Shown: positions 1 to 8,910, counted from the stretch's first letter. The stretch is DNA of 40,503 bases from Candidatus Bipolaricaulota bacterium (GCA_026414955.1 JAOAIA010000002.1:1-40503), one strand, 5' to 3'. The notes: generated from the letters alone by a model not told the origin. Translations and numbers: made by a program.

Positions 1-1335
1 GCTCTCGATGGCTACGACCGCGCCGCGATCTTCTCACGAGCTGCCGATCTCTTGGCCGGGCCACGACGGATTCAGAATATCGCTGCTATTATGATCAATC
101 AGTCCAAGACCCCCTTCGAAGCCGAAATAGATTTAGCAGAACTCGTAGACTTCTGGCGCTTCAATGCGTACTATATGCAGTTTCTCTACGAGCAGCAGCC
201 CGATCAGATCTACGGGGAGATCAATCGCTTTGACTGGCGGCCCTTGGAGGGCTTTGTGCTCGCTGTGCCGCCGTTTAACTTCTATTCTATTGGTGGCAAT
301 CTGCCCACAGCCCCGGCACTCGTGGGCAATGTCGCCCTGTGGAAGCCCGCGCGATCCGTGCTGCTCTCGAATTATCGCATCATGCAGATACTCCTAGAAG
401 CAGGACTGCCCAAGGGCGTGATTAACTTTGTGCCCTTCGCCAGCCAACACAGCGACGTCGTGCTCAAGCACCCGTACTTGGCGGGGCTGCACTTCACCGG
501 CAGCTACGAGACGCTCATCCAGCTCTGGAACGAGATCGGGAAGAACCTGCCCAACTATAAGAACTTCCCTAGGATCGTGGGCGAGACCGGCGGCAAAGAT
601 TTTATCTTCGTGCATCCGTCTGCTGATCTAGACGCAGTCACAGCGAACACGATCCGGGGCGCGTTCGAGTACCAAGGGCAGAAGTGCTCGGCTGCGTCGC
701 GCATGTATGTCCCGCAGAGTCTGTGGCCCGCGCTGCAACAGAGATTCTTGACGGAGCTGCCCAAGCTCAAGGTCGGCCCTACCGAAGATCTCTCGGTCTT
801 CATGGGCGCGATCATCACCCAAGATGCGTTTGACAAGATCGTCTTATATATTGAAGAAGCCAAGAAGAATCCCAAGTTTTCCGATATCGTCCTCGGCGGC
901 GAATATGACAGTTCCAATGGCTGGTTCGTGCAGCCCACCGTGATTCTCTCTCAAGACCCCACGAGCAAGCTCATGACCGAGGAGATCTTCGGGCCGGTGC
1001 TGACGGTCTATATCTACCCCGACAACGAGTACGAGAAGACGCTTAAGCTCTGCGACGAGTCTACGAACTTTGCGCTCACCGGCTCGATCTTCGCACGTGA
1101 TCGCTACGCGATTGTGCAAGCGGAGCAAGCCTTGCGCTACGCAGCGGGAAATTTCTACATCAACGACAAGCCCACCGGCGCGGTCGTCGGACGGCAACCC
1201 TTCGGTGGCGCGAGACATTCCGGGACGAACGACAAAGCCGGCTCGTGGGTCAATCTGATTCGCTGGCTCAGCCCGAGAACTATTAAAGAGACGCTCGTGC
1301 CGCCTAGAGATTGGCGCCGCCCGTATATGGGCTAA
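1..1335 (+). CDS. 1-pyrroline-5-carboxylate dehydrogenase / aldehyde dehydrogenase family, 5'-truncated by the window edge
   Basis: Frame 1 is open from nt 1, so the tracked TTG at 52 is internal. ALDH motifs FEYQGQKCSAASR (catalytic Cys) and EEIFGPV are present; the C-terminal NDKAGS is typical of P5CDH. Stop TAA at 1333-1335. Confidence 0.88.
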   Translation, partial: ALDGYDRAAIFSRAADLLAGPRRIQNIAAIMINQSKTPFEAEIDLAELVDFWRFNAYYMQFLYEQQPDQIYGEINRFDWRPLEGFVLAVPPFNFYSIGGNLPTAPALVGNVALWKPARSVLLSNYRIMQILLEAGLPKGVINFVPFASQHSDVVLKHPYLAGLHFTGSYETLIQLWNEIGKNLPNYKNFPRIVGETGGKDFIFVHPSADLDAVTANTIRGAFEYQGQKCSAASRMYVPQSLWPALQQRFLTELPKLKVGPTEDLSVFMGAIITQDAFDKIVLYIEEAKKNPKFSDIVLGGEYDSSNGWFVQPTVILSQDPTSKLMTEEIFGPVLTVYIYPDNEYEKTLKLCDESTNFALTGSIFARDRYAIVQAEQALRYAAGNFYINDKPTGAVVGRQPFGGARHSGTNDKAGSWVNLIRWLSPRTIKETLVPPRDWRRPYMG

Positions 1336-1362
1336 CTCGCCGAGCAGAGCAAGGGGGAGCGT

Positions 1363-1977
1363 ATGCGATCAATCTCTGTGATCTTCATGCTTGCCACTCT
1401 TCTGATAGGGGATGTAACTGCGTGGGCTGCGGGAGAGCGGGCGGCCGCGCCGCTGCGCGACGCCGAGGGCAGAGTAATGGGGATGGCGCTCTTCGTGCAA
1501 GAATCTCAAGGGGTTCGCATCTCCGTCACGGTGAAGGGCTTGGCGCCGGGTGAACACGGCATTCACATTCACGCGGTGGGCAAGTGCGAGCCTCCGGATT
1601 TTCTCTCGGCGGGGCCGCACTTCAATCCGACCACCAAGAAGCACGGCCTGAACAACCCTGAAGGCCCGCACGCCGGCGATCTCCCCAATCTCGTGGTGGG
1701 CGAAGACGGCTCGGCGGTCTATGAGCACGTGACGAATCTGGTGACGCTCACACCGGGGGAGCTCTCGCTCTTCGACGAAGACGGCAGCTCTCTCATCATT
1801 CACGCTGGGCCGGATGACCAAATCACGGACCCAGCGGGCAACAGCGGTGCGCGGGTGCTCTGCGGAGTCATTACCCCGATGAAGGGAGCTTCGCTCAGAA
1901 TTGGAGGCTTGCTTCCGACGCTGCTTCTTCTAGCTGCTGCAGCTCTTGTCATCTGGTTGCTATTTGGTAGACGATGA
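1363..1977 (+). CDS. sodC: Cu/Zn superoxide dismutase with signal peptide and a C-terminal hydrophobic anchor
   Basis: Motifs GEHGIHIHAVGKC, GPHFNP, HAGDLPNL and IIHAGPDD...GNSGARVLCGVI. N-terminal signal-like segment. SD GGGGGAG lies upstream of the ATG at 1363. Confidence 0.93.
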   Translation: MRSISVIFMLATLLIGDVTAWAAGERAAAPLRDAEGRVMGMALFVQESQGVRISVTVKGLAPGEHGIHIHAVGKCEPPDFLSAGPHFNPTTKKHGLNNPEGPHAGDLPNLVVGEDGSAVYEHVTNLVTLTPGELSLFDEDGSSLIIHAGPDDQITDPAGNSGARVLCGVITPMKGASLRIGGLLPTLLLLAAAALVIWLLFGRR

Positions 1978-2553
1978 GCAGTCTGCTTGGGTGAGGGCTT
2001 TGGCCTTCTTGTGTGTCCAGAGCTTCTGGAACTCTTGCTCGAAGGCGTGGGCGAGTTCCGGGCTTTGGATGACTAAGAGATTCTCTTCGTTGCGCGTCTG
2101 CGCTGAAGTTGTCCAGTTATATGACCCCGTGATGACGAGCGCGCTGTCAATGACAGCAAACTTATGGTGCATGATCCCGGAGTCAACGTACTGCTTAATG
2201 GGGATGCCGGAGCTCAGGAGCAAGCAGCCCTTGCTGCCCTGGCTCGGCTCGTCGTCTAGGAGAATTTTGAGCTCGAGGCCGCGTTTGGCGATCTCTGTTA
2301 GGGCTTGGGCGATCTCCGGGTCGGTGAGCTGGTAGAGCGCGGCGTGTACGGACTGCTGGGCACTTCGCAGCGTTTGAATGAGGGCTTTCTCCGGCTCTGG
2401 TGAGGGTGAGAAGTACGCCCTGAGGGGAGCGCTTGGAGCGCTGAAGCCCTGGGGTACGGACGGGCTTTCAAGGTTCGAGTATGAGCTAGCGAGCCAGCCG
2501 AGGACGAAGCCGAGGGCTATTCCTATGAACAAGACTTTCAAAGGCTTTTTCAT
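1960..2553 (-). CDS. Phospholipase D-like (single HKD, Nuc-type) nuclease/phosphodiesterase with N-terminal membrane/signal segment
   Basis: HKD motif HHKFAVIDSALVITGSYNWTTSAQTRNEENLLVI. Start trimmed to the ATG at 2553 (MKKPLKVLFIGIALGF...). Its 3' end overlaps sodC convergently by 18 nt. Confidence 0.8.
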   Translation of the reverse strand: MKKPLKVLFIGIALGFVLGWLASSYSNLESPSVPQGFSAPSAPLRAYFSPSPEPEKALIQTLRSAQQSVHAALYQLTDPEIAQALTEIAKRGLELKILLDDEPSQGSKGCLLLSSGIPIKQYVDSGIMHHKFAVIDSALVITGSYNWTTSAQTRNEENLLVIQSPELAHAFEQEFQKLWTHKKAKALTQADCSSSTK

Positions 2554-2633
2554 AATTTTATTGTAGCTCAAGATTCTATGGCGTGCTAGGGAGCGCGTTC
2601 TGTTAAGAACGGGACATGCGCACATGTTGCGTT

Positions 2634-2661
2634 TTGCAAACTGCACAGCTTGCGATATAAT
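2634..2661 (+). promoter_or_regulatory. Sigma70-type promoter TTGCAA-16-TATAAT reading through the REP hairpins into the RAYT gene
   Basis: TTGCAA at 2634-2639 and TATAAT at 2656-2661. Confidence 0.5.
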
Positions 2662-2684
2662 CAACCCAATGCGTCCCCCATAAC

Positions 2685-2718
2685 GTTGTAGGGGCGTGAT
2701 TCATCACGCCCCTACAAC
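2685..2718. repeat. REP-type hairpin GTTGTAGGGGCGTGA..TCACGCCCCTACAAC
   Basis: Near-perfect 34-nt palindrome. Read on the minus strand it is about 90% identical over ~45 nt to the internal RAYT segment at 3148-3192. Confidence 0.85.
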
Positions 2719-2740
2719 TACAACCATGATCAATCAAATG

Positions 2741-2814
2741 GATTCGGACGCGATGAATTCGGGGCGTAATGAATTCGGGCGCGATGGGTTCAGGGCGCAA
2801 TGAATTGCGCCCCT
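2741..2814. repeat. Array of four ~16-nt REP left-arm units; only the last closes into a hairpin (GGGCGCAAT ga ATTGCGCCC)
   Basis: Units GACGCGATGAATTC, GGGGCGTAATGAATTC, GGGCGCGATGGGTTC, AGGGCGCAATGAATTGCGCCCCTAC. Confidence 0.7.
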
Positions 2815-2847
2815 ACGGATTTAATGATGCAGAACGTCTTTTGAATT

Positions 2848-3408
2848 ATGCCATACAACCCGGACAAACATCACCGCCGCAGCATCCGGCTGAAGGGATA
2901 TGATTATGCGCAGGCAGGCGCGTATTTCGTTACGGTCTGTACGCGCGATCGGGTATACTGGTTCGGCGAAGTGATAGACAATCAGATGCACCTGAATCAA
3001 GCTGGGCAGATCGTCCTGACCATGTGGGAGGAGTTGCCAGAACGGTTTCCTGAGATCGCTATAGATGCCCATGTGATCATGCCCAACCATGTGCACGGCA
3101 TCGTGTGGATTAAACCGGTAGGGGCGCAATTCATTGCGCCCTATACCTATAGGGGCGCGATGAATCGCGCCCCTACGACGTTGGGGGAAATCGTTCGGGC
3201 ATTCAAGGCGGTGACAACGCGCATCATACGGCAGACGATCTTTCCAGAATTCGCGTGGCAACGCAACTATTACGAACACATCATCCGCAGCGAGGAATCG
3301 CTAAATCGGATTCGTCAGTACATCCTTGATAACCCACAGCGATGGGCTTACGATAGAGAGAACCCGGCGGCGACAGCGCCAGAACCGGAGAATGCATGGG
3401 CATCATGA
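2848..3408 (+). CDS. IS200-like / REP-associated tyrosine transposase (RAYT, COG1943-type)
   Basis: HUH motif MPNHVHGIVWI and Tyr motif WQRNYYEHIIR. REP hairpins lie directly upstream and inside the gene. Confidence 0.85.
   Translation: MPYNPDKHHRRSIRLKGYDYAQAGAYFVTVCTRDRVYWFGEVIDNQMHLNQAGQIVLTMWEELPERFPEIAIDAHVIMPNHVHGIVWIKPVGAQFIAPYTYRGAMNRAPTTLGEIVRAFKAVTTRIIRQTIFPEFAWQRNYYEHIIRSEESLNRIRQYILDNPQRWAYDRENPAATAPEPENAWAS
3118..3176. repeat. Two REP hairpins inside the RAYT coding sequence (encoding VGAQFIAP...GAMNRAPT)
   Basis: GGGCGCAAT tc ATTGCGCCC at 3122-3141 and TAGGGGCGCGAT ga ATCGCGCCCCTA at 3150-3175. Confidence 0.85.
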
Positions 3409-4337
3409 CCGAACCCATCGGTATGCTCTCTCTCTCAACGTTCTCGATAGTCGCGTTCGATAGTGAGCTTGGGGAATTGGGAATCGCCGTGCAGTCTCGG
3501 GCGTTCCGCGCCGGCGCAGTCGTGCCCCACGCCAAAGCCAACGTCGGCGCGATTGCCACCCAAGCGATGGCCAATCTTTCTTACGGCCCTACAGGCTTGG
3601 CATTGCTGGAGCAAGGGCTGAGTGCCCACGAAGTCTTAGAGAGACTTTTAACTGAGGACGAGCATCGTGAGCACCGCCAAGTCGCGATCCTAGACATCCA
3701 CGGGCGCATCGCCCAGCACACGGGCAGAGAGTGCTTAGAATGGGCGGGGCATAAGGCTGGGAAGAATTGGGCCGCTCAGGGGAATATCTTGGCAAACGCA
3801 GAAGTCCTAGACGCGATGGGGGAAGCGTTTGAGCAAGCTGAAGGGCTGCTCGCTGAAAGACTCATGGCGGCGCTCGAAGCCGGGCAACGTGCCGGAGGGG
3901 ATCGTCGTGGGCAACAAGCCGCGGGACTTCTGGTCGTGCGCCCCAATGCGTACTTCGACGGCCCGTTCGATAGACTCGTAGACATTCGCGTTGATGACCA
4001 TCCAGAGCCGATTCAAGAGCTCAAGAGACTTTTGGCGATGGCGTTGCCGTCGGTGCATCTCTCAAATACTCGGCTCTTTTTGGAGCGCGGCCAGCTGGGG
4101 CGAGCGAAAGAGTTATTAGATCGGGCGCTGGGGGAACAGCCGGAGCAGCCGATCTTAAAACTCGCGGTGATCGGGTACTACGCACACACAGGGCAGAAAG
4201 CGCAAGCGTTGAGCGAACTCGAAGAGCTGCTTTCGAGCGCGGGGAGCGAGCGGACAAGCTTCGTGCGCTACGTGAAGACGAACGCGCTCTTTCGCCCGTT
4301 GCAGAACGACGACGAATTTCAAAGATTAGCTGCTTGA
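3396..4337 (+). CDS. DUF1028 family (Ntn-hydrolase-like) protein with TPR-like C-terminal extension
   Basis: [23 protein letters not shown]...GAIATQA...YGP..GL, QGNILA and [16 protein letters not shown] match the DUF1028 pattern. An alternative ATG at 3405 forms an ATGA overlap with the RAYT stop. Confidence 0.8.
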   Translation: MGIMTEPIGMLSLSTFSIVAFDSELGELGIAVQSRAFRAGAVVPHAKANVGAIATQAMANLSYGPTGLALLEQGLSAHEVLERLLTEDEHREHRQVAILDIHGRIAQHTGRECLEWAGHKAGKNWAAQGNILANAEVLDAMGEAFEQAEGLLAERLMAALEAGQRAGGDRRGQQAAGLLVVRPNAYFDGPFDRLVDIRVDDHPEPIQELKRLLAMALPSVHLSNTRLFLERGQLGRAKELLDRALGEQPEQPILKLAVIGYYAHTGQKAQALSELEELLSSAGSERTSFVRYVKTNALFRPLQNDDEFQRLAA

Positions 4338-5483
4338 GAGAGCGACGCGCTCCGCGATCTCAGTTACAGAATCTCCCCCATACTTCTCTAAGAACGCATC
4401 AGCGAGCACCAAAGCCAAGATCGCCTCGCTGATCACCGACGCGGCGGGCACAGCACACACATCCGAACGCTCCACATGCGCCTTCACGGGCTTCTTGCTC
4501 TTCATATCTACAGACTCAAGCGGGCGCAACAGCGTCGAGAGCGGCTTCATCGCTACGCGCACAATAAGTCTTTCCCCGTTGGTAACACCGCCCTCTAACC
4601 CCCCGGCACGGTTCGTCTTCCGATAGTATCCCGAACCCTCATCGTAATAAATTTCGTCGTGACACTCTGACCCCCAACGGCTCGCGCTCTCGACCCCAAG
4701 CCCGATCTCGACAGCCTTCATCGCCGGTAGCGACGCCATCGCTTGAGAGATACGCCCGTCAAGCTTCCTGTCCCAATGCACATAGCTGCCCAGCCCCACC
4801 GGGATATTGTCGGCTATCACTTCAAAGACCCCGCCCACAGTGTTGCCCTCAGCTTTCGCTTGATCAATCCGCGCGATCATCTCTCTTTCGGCTTGCGTGT
4901 CGAGACAGCGCACCGGCGAAGCATCGGCGCGAGTATTCAGCTCTGCTAGGTCAAGCTCCGTGACGTCAACGCTTGCTTTTACAGAGTGAATCTGCACGAC
5001 GTGACTGGCGATCTGAATCCCGAAATACTCTAAAAGCTGTCGCGCGAGGGAGCCGAGGGCGACGCGCATCGCCGTCTCGCGGGCGCTGGCACGCTCTAAC
5101 ACATTGCGAATATCAGCGTGCCGATATTTCAAAGCTCCCGCAAGATCAGCATGGCCGGGCCGGGGGACGGTCACGGGGGAATATCGCTCTGGGGGAGGAT
5201 TCCACGGGTCCATGTGCTTGCCCCAGTTCTCCCAATCACGGTTCCAAATCACTAAAGCGATGGGGCTGCCCAGCGTAACGCCCGCGCGAATCCCGGAGAG
5301 AACTTCAATCTGGTCGTGCTCGATCTTCATGCGCCCGCCACGCCCGTAGCCTCCCTGACGGCGCGTAAGCTGGGCGTCAATCTTCTCTTTGCTGATGGGA
5401 AGCCCCGCAGGCATCCCTTCTAAAATGCCGACGAGCGCCCGCCCGTGCGACTCCCCTGCCGTCAGATAGCGCAGATGGCTCAT
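4326..5483 (-). CDS. aroC: Chorismate synthase
   Basis: N-terminus [17 protein letters not shown]; [16 protein letters not shown] overlap with the aroE stop. Confidence 0.97.
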   Translation of the reverse strand: MSHLRYLTAGESHGRALVGILEGMPAGLPISKEKIDAQLTRRQGGYGRGGRMKIEHDQIEVLSGIRAGVTLGSPIALVIWNRDWENWGKHMDPWNPPPERYSPVTVPRPGHADLAGALKYRHADIRNVLERASARETAMRVALGSLARQLLEYFGIQIASHVVQIHSVKASVDVTELDLAELNTRADASPVRCLDTQAEREMIARIDQAKAEGNTVGGVFEVIADNIPVGLGSYVHWDRKLDGRISQAMASLPAMKAVEIGLGVESASRWGSECHDEIYYDEGSGYYRKTNRAGGLEGGVTNGERLIVRVAMKPLSTLLRPLESVDMKSKKPVKAHVERSDVCAVPAASVISEAILALVLADAFLEKYGGDSVTEIAERVALSSS

Positions 5484-6307
5484 AGCTGCTCCTCCAGAAA
5501 GCGTCGCAGAGTATCATACCCAATCTGAGCATCCAAATCTGATCTGCTCAGCCAAATCTTGAGCGATTCTATCGCTTGGTAGATGAGCATATCCAGCCCA
5601 TCTATAATTTGAGCACCACGCCGTTCTGCTTCGAGTAAGAGTTTAGTCTTAAGGGGATTGTACACGAGATCGTAGACGAGTGCGTTTTTAGGGAGACGTG
5701 CTGGCAGCGGCACGGGCAGCGCGTCGTCTTTCATTCCTACAGGTGTGGCGTTCACTATAAGATCAACACAATCCCACGGGAGTGCAGCGGGATTATTTTC
5801 AGCAGAGATCGTCTTGCTTGGGTGATGCTGACGCAGCTCTTCGGCGAGCTTCAGGGCACGCTCAGGAGTGCGATTATAGATCGAGAGCGCCGTGACGGTA
5901 TATTGCAAGAGCGCATGGGCGACGGCGCGCGCCGCTCCACCCGCCCCGACGAGAATCGCTTGCCTTGGCGCAAAACTGCGCGCTTGTAATGAGCGCAGAA
6001 AGCCCACGCTATCTGTGTTGTAGCCCACAAGCGCGCCGTGCTCGTTCTTCACAGTATTGACCGCGCCGATGAGCCGCGCTTCGGGGGAGAGTCTATCGAG
6101 ATAGCACAGAATGCGCTCCTTGTGGGGAATCGTCACGTTGAACCCCGCCAGCTCTGAATGCGCTGAGAGAAAGTCTTTCAGTTCGCCCTCTCGAACGCGA
6201 TACGCCCGATACTCTGCAACAATACTCAAGTTGTTCAGCACAAAGCTGTGCAACGCCGGGGAGAGCGAGTGCGCGATGGGGTCACCGATAATGCCGAGTT
6301 TGATCAT
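5480..6307 (-). CDS. aroE: Shikimate 5-dehydrogenase
   Basis: [24 protein letters not shown] and [13 protein letters not shown] overlaps at both ends. Confidence 0.95.
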   Translation of the reverse strand: MIKLGIIGDPIAHSLSPALHSFVLNNLSIVAEYRAYRVREGELKDFLSAHSELAGFNVTIPHKERILCYLDRLSPEARLIGAVNTVKNEHGALVGYNTDSVGFLRSLQARSFAPRQAILVGAGGAARAVAHALLQYTVTALSIYNRTPERALKLAEELRQHHPSKTISAENNPAALPWDCVDLIVNATPVGMKDDALPVPLPARLPKNALVYDLVYNPLKTKLLLEAERRGAQIIDGLDMLIYQAIESLKIWLSRSDLDAQIGYDTLRRFLEEQL

Positions 6308-7662
6308 GAGCGCACAAGAGATTCCAAATCTTCAAAGAATTCTGGGTACGAGATCTCGACCCACTCGGCCCCTTCGATGATCGTCTCGCCCTGGGCGATC
6401 AGCCCAGCAATAGCAAACGCCATCGCGATCCGATGATCGCCGAAGCTGTCGAGCACCGCGCCGTGGAGCTTCTGCGGGCCGGCAATGACCCAGCCGTCGG
6501 CACGCTCTTCAAGCTGCGCGCCCATTCTTTTCAGATTCTCGGTGACGGCACGGATACGATCCGTCTCTTTCACGCGCAGCTCGTGAGCGTCTTGAATGAC
6601 GGTTGTGCCGTGGGCTTGTGTAGCGCAGATTGCTAAAACGGGTAGCTCGTCAATCATCCTGGGGATGAGCGCGCCCCCGACGCGCACTGCGCGCAGTTCT
6701 GAAGACTTTACAGTGAGATCGCCCCACGGCTCATGAGCGATCTCGCGCTCGTTTTCTATAGCAATCTGCGCGCCCATCGCGCGCAACACATCTAAGAGAC
6801 CGGTGCGCGTCGGATTGATCCCCACGTCGGTGATAGTAATCTGCGCATCAGGCACGAGCGCCCCGACGACGAGAAAGAACGCTGCCGACGAAAAATCCCC
6901 CGGCACCATAAGAGCCTTTGCTTTGGGTCTTGCTCCGCCCTGCACGCTCACGGCTCCGTTGGAAATCTCTAAAGAGATTCCCAGATAGCGCAGCATTCGC
7001 TCGGAGTGATCGCGCGTGGGGCTGGGTTCGCTCACGGTCGTGACCCCCTTGGCGTGCAAACCCGCGAGCAGCAGGGCTGACTTCACTTGCGAACTCGCGA
7101 TGGGAAGCTCGTAGCGAATCCCGCGCAGCTTCTGCCCGATAATCTTTAACGGCGCGTAGCCGTTATCGCTTTCGATCTTTGCGCCCATCTGGGTCAGGGG
7201 ATCAATGACGCGCTGCATTGGGCGCTTGCGCAAGCTCGCGTCGCCCGTGATAGTCGCTGCGAAATTCTGACCGGCCAAAAGCCCCGCAAGCAGTCTCATC
7301 GTCGTTCCGGAGTTGCCCGCGTCGAGCACGCGCGCGGGAGGAGAGAAGCCCTCGGCGTTGTGAACGAAGACCTCTCCCCTAGCCTCTCCTGACCTAACCC
7401 CCACTCCCTTTCCTAAGGGGTTAGGGGAGAGGGCAGGGAGCAGGAGGGTAGGCCTGATCACCACGCCGAGGGCTTGGAGGGAGAGGGCAGTATTCCGCAC
7501 ATCGTGCGCCGGCGAGAGATTCTCTATACGCACCGGGCCGTCGGCGAGCGACCCACACAGAAGCGCCCGATGCGAGATAGACTTATCCCCCGGCACGCGC
7601 AGCACGCCCTTCACGCTGCGCCCGGGCTTAATAACTCTGCGCATAGCTCTGTGTGCTCCCAT
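6304..7662 (-). CDS. aroA: 3-phosphoshikimate 1-carboxyvinyltransferase (EPSP synthase) carrying an in-frame repeat-derived insertion
   Basis: VPGDKSISHRALL and LDAGNSGTTMRLLAG. An alternative start ATG at 7644 (MRRVIKPG...) is equally plausible. Confidence 0.95.
   Translation of the reverse strand: MGAHRAMRRVIKPGRSVKGVLRVPGDKSISHRALLCGSLADGPVRIENLSPAHDVRNTALSLQALGVVIRPTLLLPALSPNPLGKGVGVRSGEARGEVFVHNAEGFSPPARVLDAGNSGTTMRLLAGLLAGQNFAATITGDASLRKRPMQRVIDPLTQMGAKIESDNGYAPLKIIGQKLRGIRYELPIASSQVKSALLLAGLHAKGVTTVSEPSPTRDHSERMLRYLGISLEISNGAVSVQGGARPKAKALMVPGDFSSAAFFLVVGALVPDAQITITDVGINPTRTGLLDVLRAMGAQIAIENEREIAHEPWGDLTVKSSELRAVRVGGALIPRMIDELPVLAICATQAHGTTVIQDAHELRVKETDRIRAVTENLKRMGAQLEERADGWVIAGPQKLHGAVLDSFGDHRIAMAFAIAGLIAQGETIIEGAEWVEISYPEFFEDLESLVRS
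7372..7446. repeat. GC-rich nested palindrome (CTCTCCTGACCTAACCCC...GGGGTTAGGGGAGAG) in frame within aroA
   Basis: Encodes LSPNPLGKGVGVRSGEARG between conserved AroA blocks. Same style as the repeats at 12031, 13125, 29410 and 30194. Confidence 0.8.
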
Positions 7663-8683
7663 AATGCCGCACGAGTCGTCGGCGTACCGCCTGGGCGACC
7701 AAGTCCAGCTCGCTCATCAAGAGCTGAAACTGCTCTGGGAGGAGCGCCTGCGGGCCGTCACAGAGGGCTGTATCAGGATCGTGATGGATTTCGACGATCA
7801 AGCCGTCGGCCCCGGCGGCGACCCCCGCCAACGCCAAGGGAATGACTTTGGTGCGCACGCCCGCGGCGTGACTGGGGTCTACGATCACGGGCAGATGCGA
7901 CAGCTCCTTCACAACCGAAACAGCCCCAACGTCGAGCGTGAACCGCAAGTGATCTGAAAACGTGCGAATCCCGCGCTCACAGAGAATGACGTTCTTGTTT
8001 CCCCCGTCCAGCACATACTCGGCAGCCATGAGCCACTCTTCGAGCGTCGCGGCGATGCCGCGCTTGAGCAGGACCGGCTTGTCACAGCGCCCCACTGCTT
8101 TCAACAGCGCGAAGTTCTGCATGTTCCGCGCCCCGATCTGTAAGACATCAGCGTACTGAGCGACAGTATCTACGTGCGTTGTATCTAAGACTTCGGTGAC
8201 GATATACAGCCCGTGCTGATCGGCAGCGGCGCGCAGCAATTTCAAGCCCGCTTCGCCCAGCCCTTGGAACGAGTACGGGCTGGTGCGGGGCTTGAACGCC
8301 CCACCGCGCATAAGACGAACCCCCTGCTGTGCCACAAGCCGCGCACACCGATAGATTTGTTCTTCACTCTCGACTGAGCACGGCCCAGCGATGATCGCCA
8401 ACTCTGGGCCTCCGATCTGCACGCCCCCCACAGACACAATCGTGCTGTCGGGGTTAAATTCTCGACTGGCTAATTTGTACGGCTTGGTGATCTCGACGAC
8501 CCGTTCGACGCCGTCGAGCACTGCTAGTCTTTGTGGATCAATGCCGCGCTTGTCCCCGATAGCCCCTAAGATAGTGCGCATGACCCCGTCTACGCGATGG
8601 ACCTTGAACCCCAAGCGTTCGAGTTCGTGGCTGGCTTGCTGGATCTGTCTTTCGCTGGCCCCAACTTTCATGATGACCACCAT
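7628..8683 (-). CDS. 3-deoxy-7-phosphoheptulonate (DAHP) synthase, type I-beta, with N-terminal ferredoxin/ACT-like regulatory domain
   Basis: Resembles Thermotoga-type DAHPS: PYKLASREF, IIAGPCSVES, GGAFKPRTSPYSFQGLG, KRG and ILCERGIRTF. Start trimmed to the ATG at 8683 (MVVIMKVG), preceded by GGAGG. The upstream part of the 576-aa tracked ORF overlaps uvrB and two promoters. Confidence 0.93.
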   Translation of the reverse strand: MVVIMKVGASERQIQQASHELERLGFKVHRVDGVMRTILGAIGDKRGIDPQRLAVLDGVERVVEITKPYKLASREFNPDSTIVSVGGVQIGGPELAIIAGPCSVESEEQIYRCARLVAQQGVRLMRGGAFKPRTSPYSFQGLGEAGLKLLRAAADQHGLYIVTEVLDTTHVDTVAQYADVLQIGARNMQNFALLKAVGRCDKPVLLKRGIAATLEEWLMAAEYVLDGGNKNVILCERGIRTFSDHLRFTLDVGAVSVVKELSHLPVIVDPSHAAGVRTKVIPLALAGVAAGADGLIVEIHHDPDTALCDGPQALLPEQFQLLMSELDLVAQAVRRRLVRHYGSTQSYAQSY

Positions 8684-8766
8684 AGCACACCTCCACAGCA
8701 CAAAGAGCGTGGTCTTTGCAGGATGAGCTGCGCCGGAACAGTCTGAGTTATGAAGGAGAGTAGTAT

Positions 8767-8850
8767 TTAGGGCCGGAAGGCCCCAAAGAAGAAGGAGGCG
8801 ACAAAGAACGAGAGCGAAGACCATTGTGCGGTGAAGCCTTTGTGCAACAT
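8767..8850 (-). CDS. Candidate leader peptide [27 protein letters not shown] (27 aa; 7 Phe, 1 Trp) in the aro operon leader
   Basis: AGGAGG (8859-8864) lies 8 nt upstream of the ATG at 8850. Stop TAA at 8767-8769. The uORF lies between the predicted promoter and the DAHPS start. Confidence 0.45.
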   Translation of the reverse strand: MLHKGFTAQWSSLSFFVASFFFGAFRP

Positions 8851-8881
8851 ACCTATCGCCTCCTGTTTGCGAAGTGGCTGT

Positions 8882-8910
8882 ATCATAGCACGATTTTTCT
8901 CGGTTGTCAA
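8882..8910 (-). promoter_or_regulatory. Sigma70-type promoter TTGACA-17-TATGAT for the aro operon
   Basis: On the plus strand, tgtcaa at 8905-8910 and atcata at 8882-8887. This predicts a leader of about 190 nt. Confidence 0.6.

Noticed and set aside
8684-8766. Classical rho-independent attenuator terminator after the Phe-rich uORF
   Set aside because: There are only short GC stems (GGGCC/GGCCC, CCAC/GTGG) and no following U-tract. Any attenuation model must therefore be translational or rho-dependent, and the finding is kept with that caveat.
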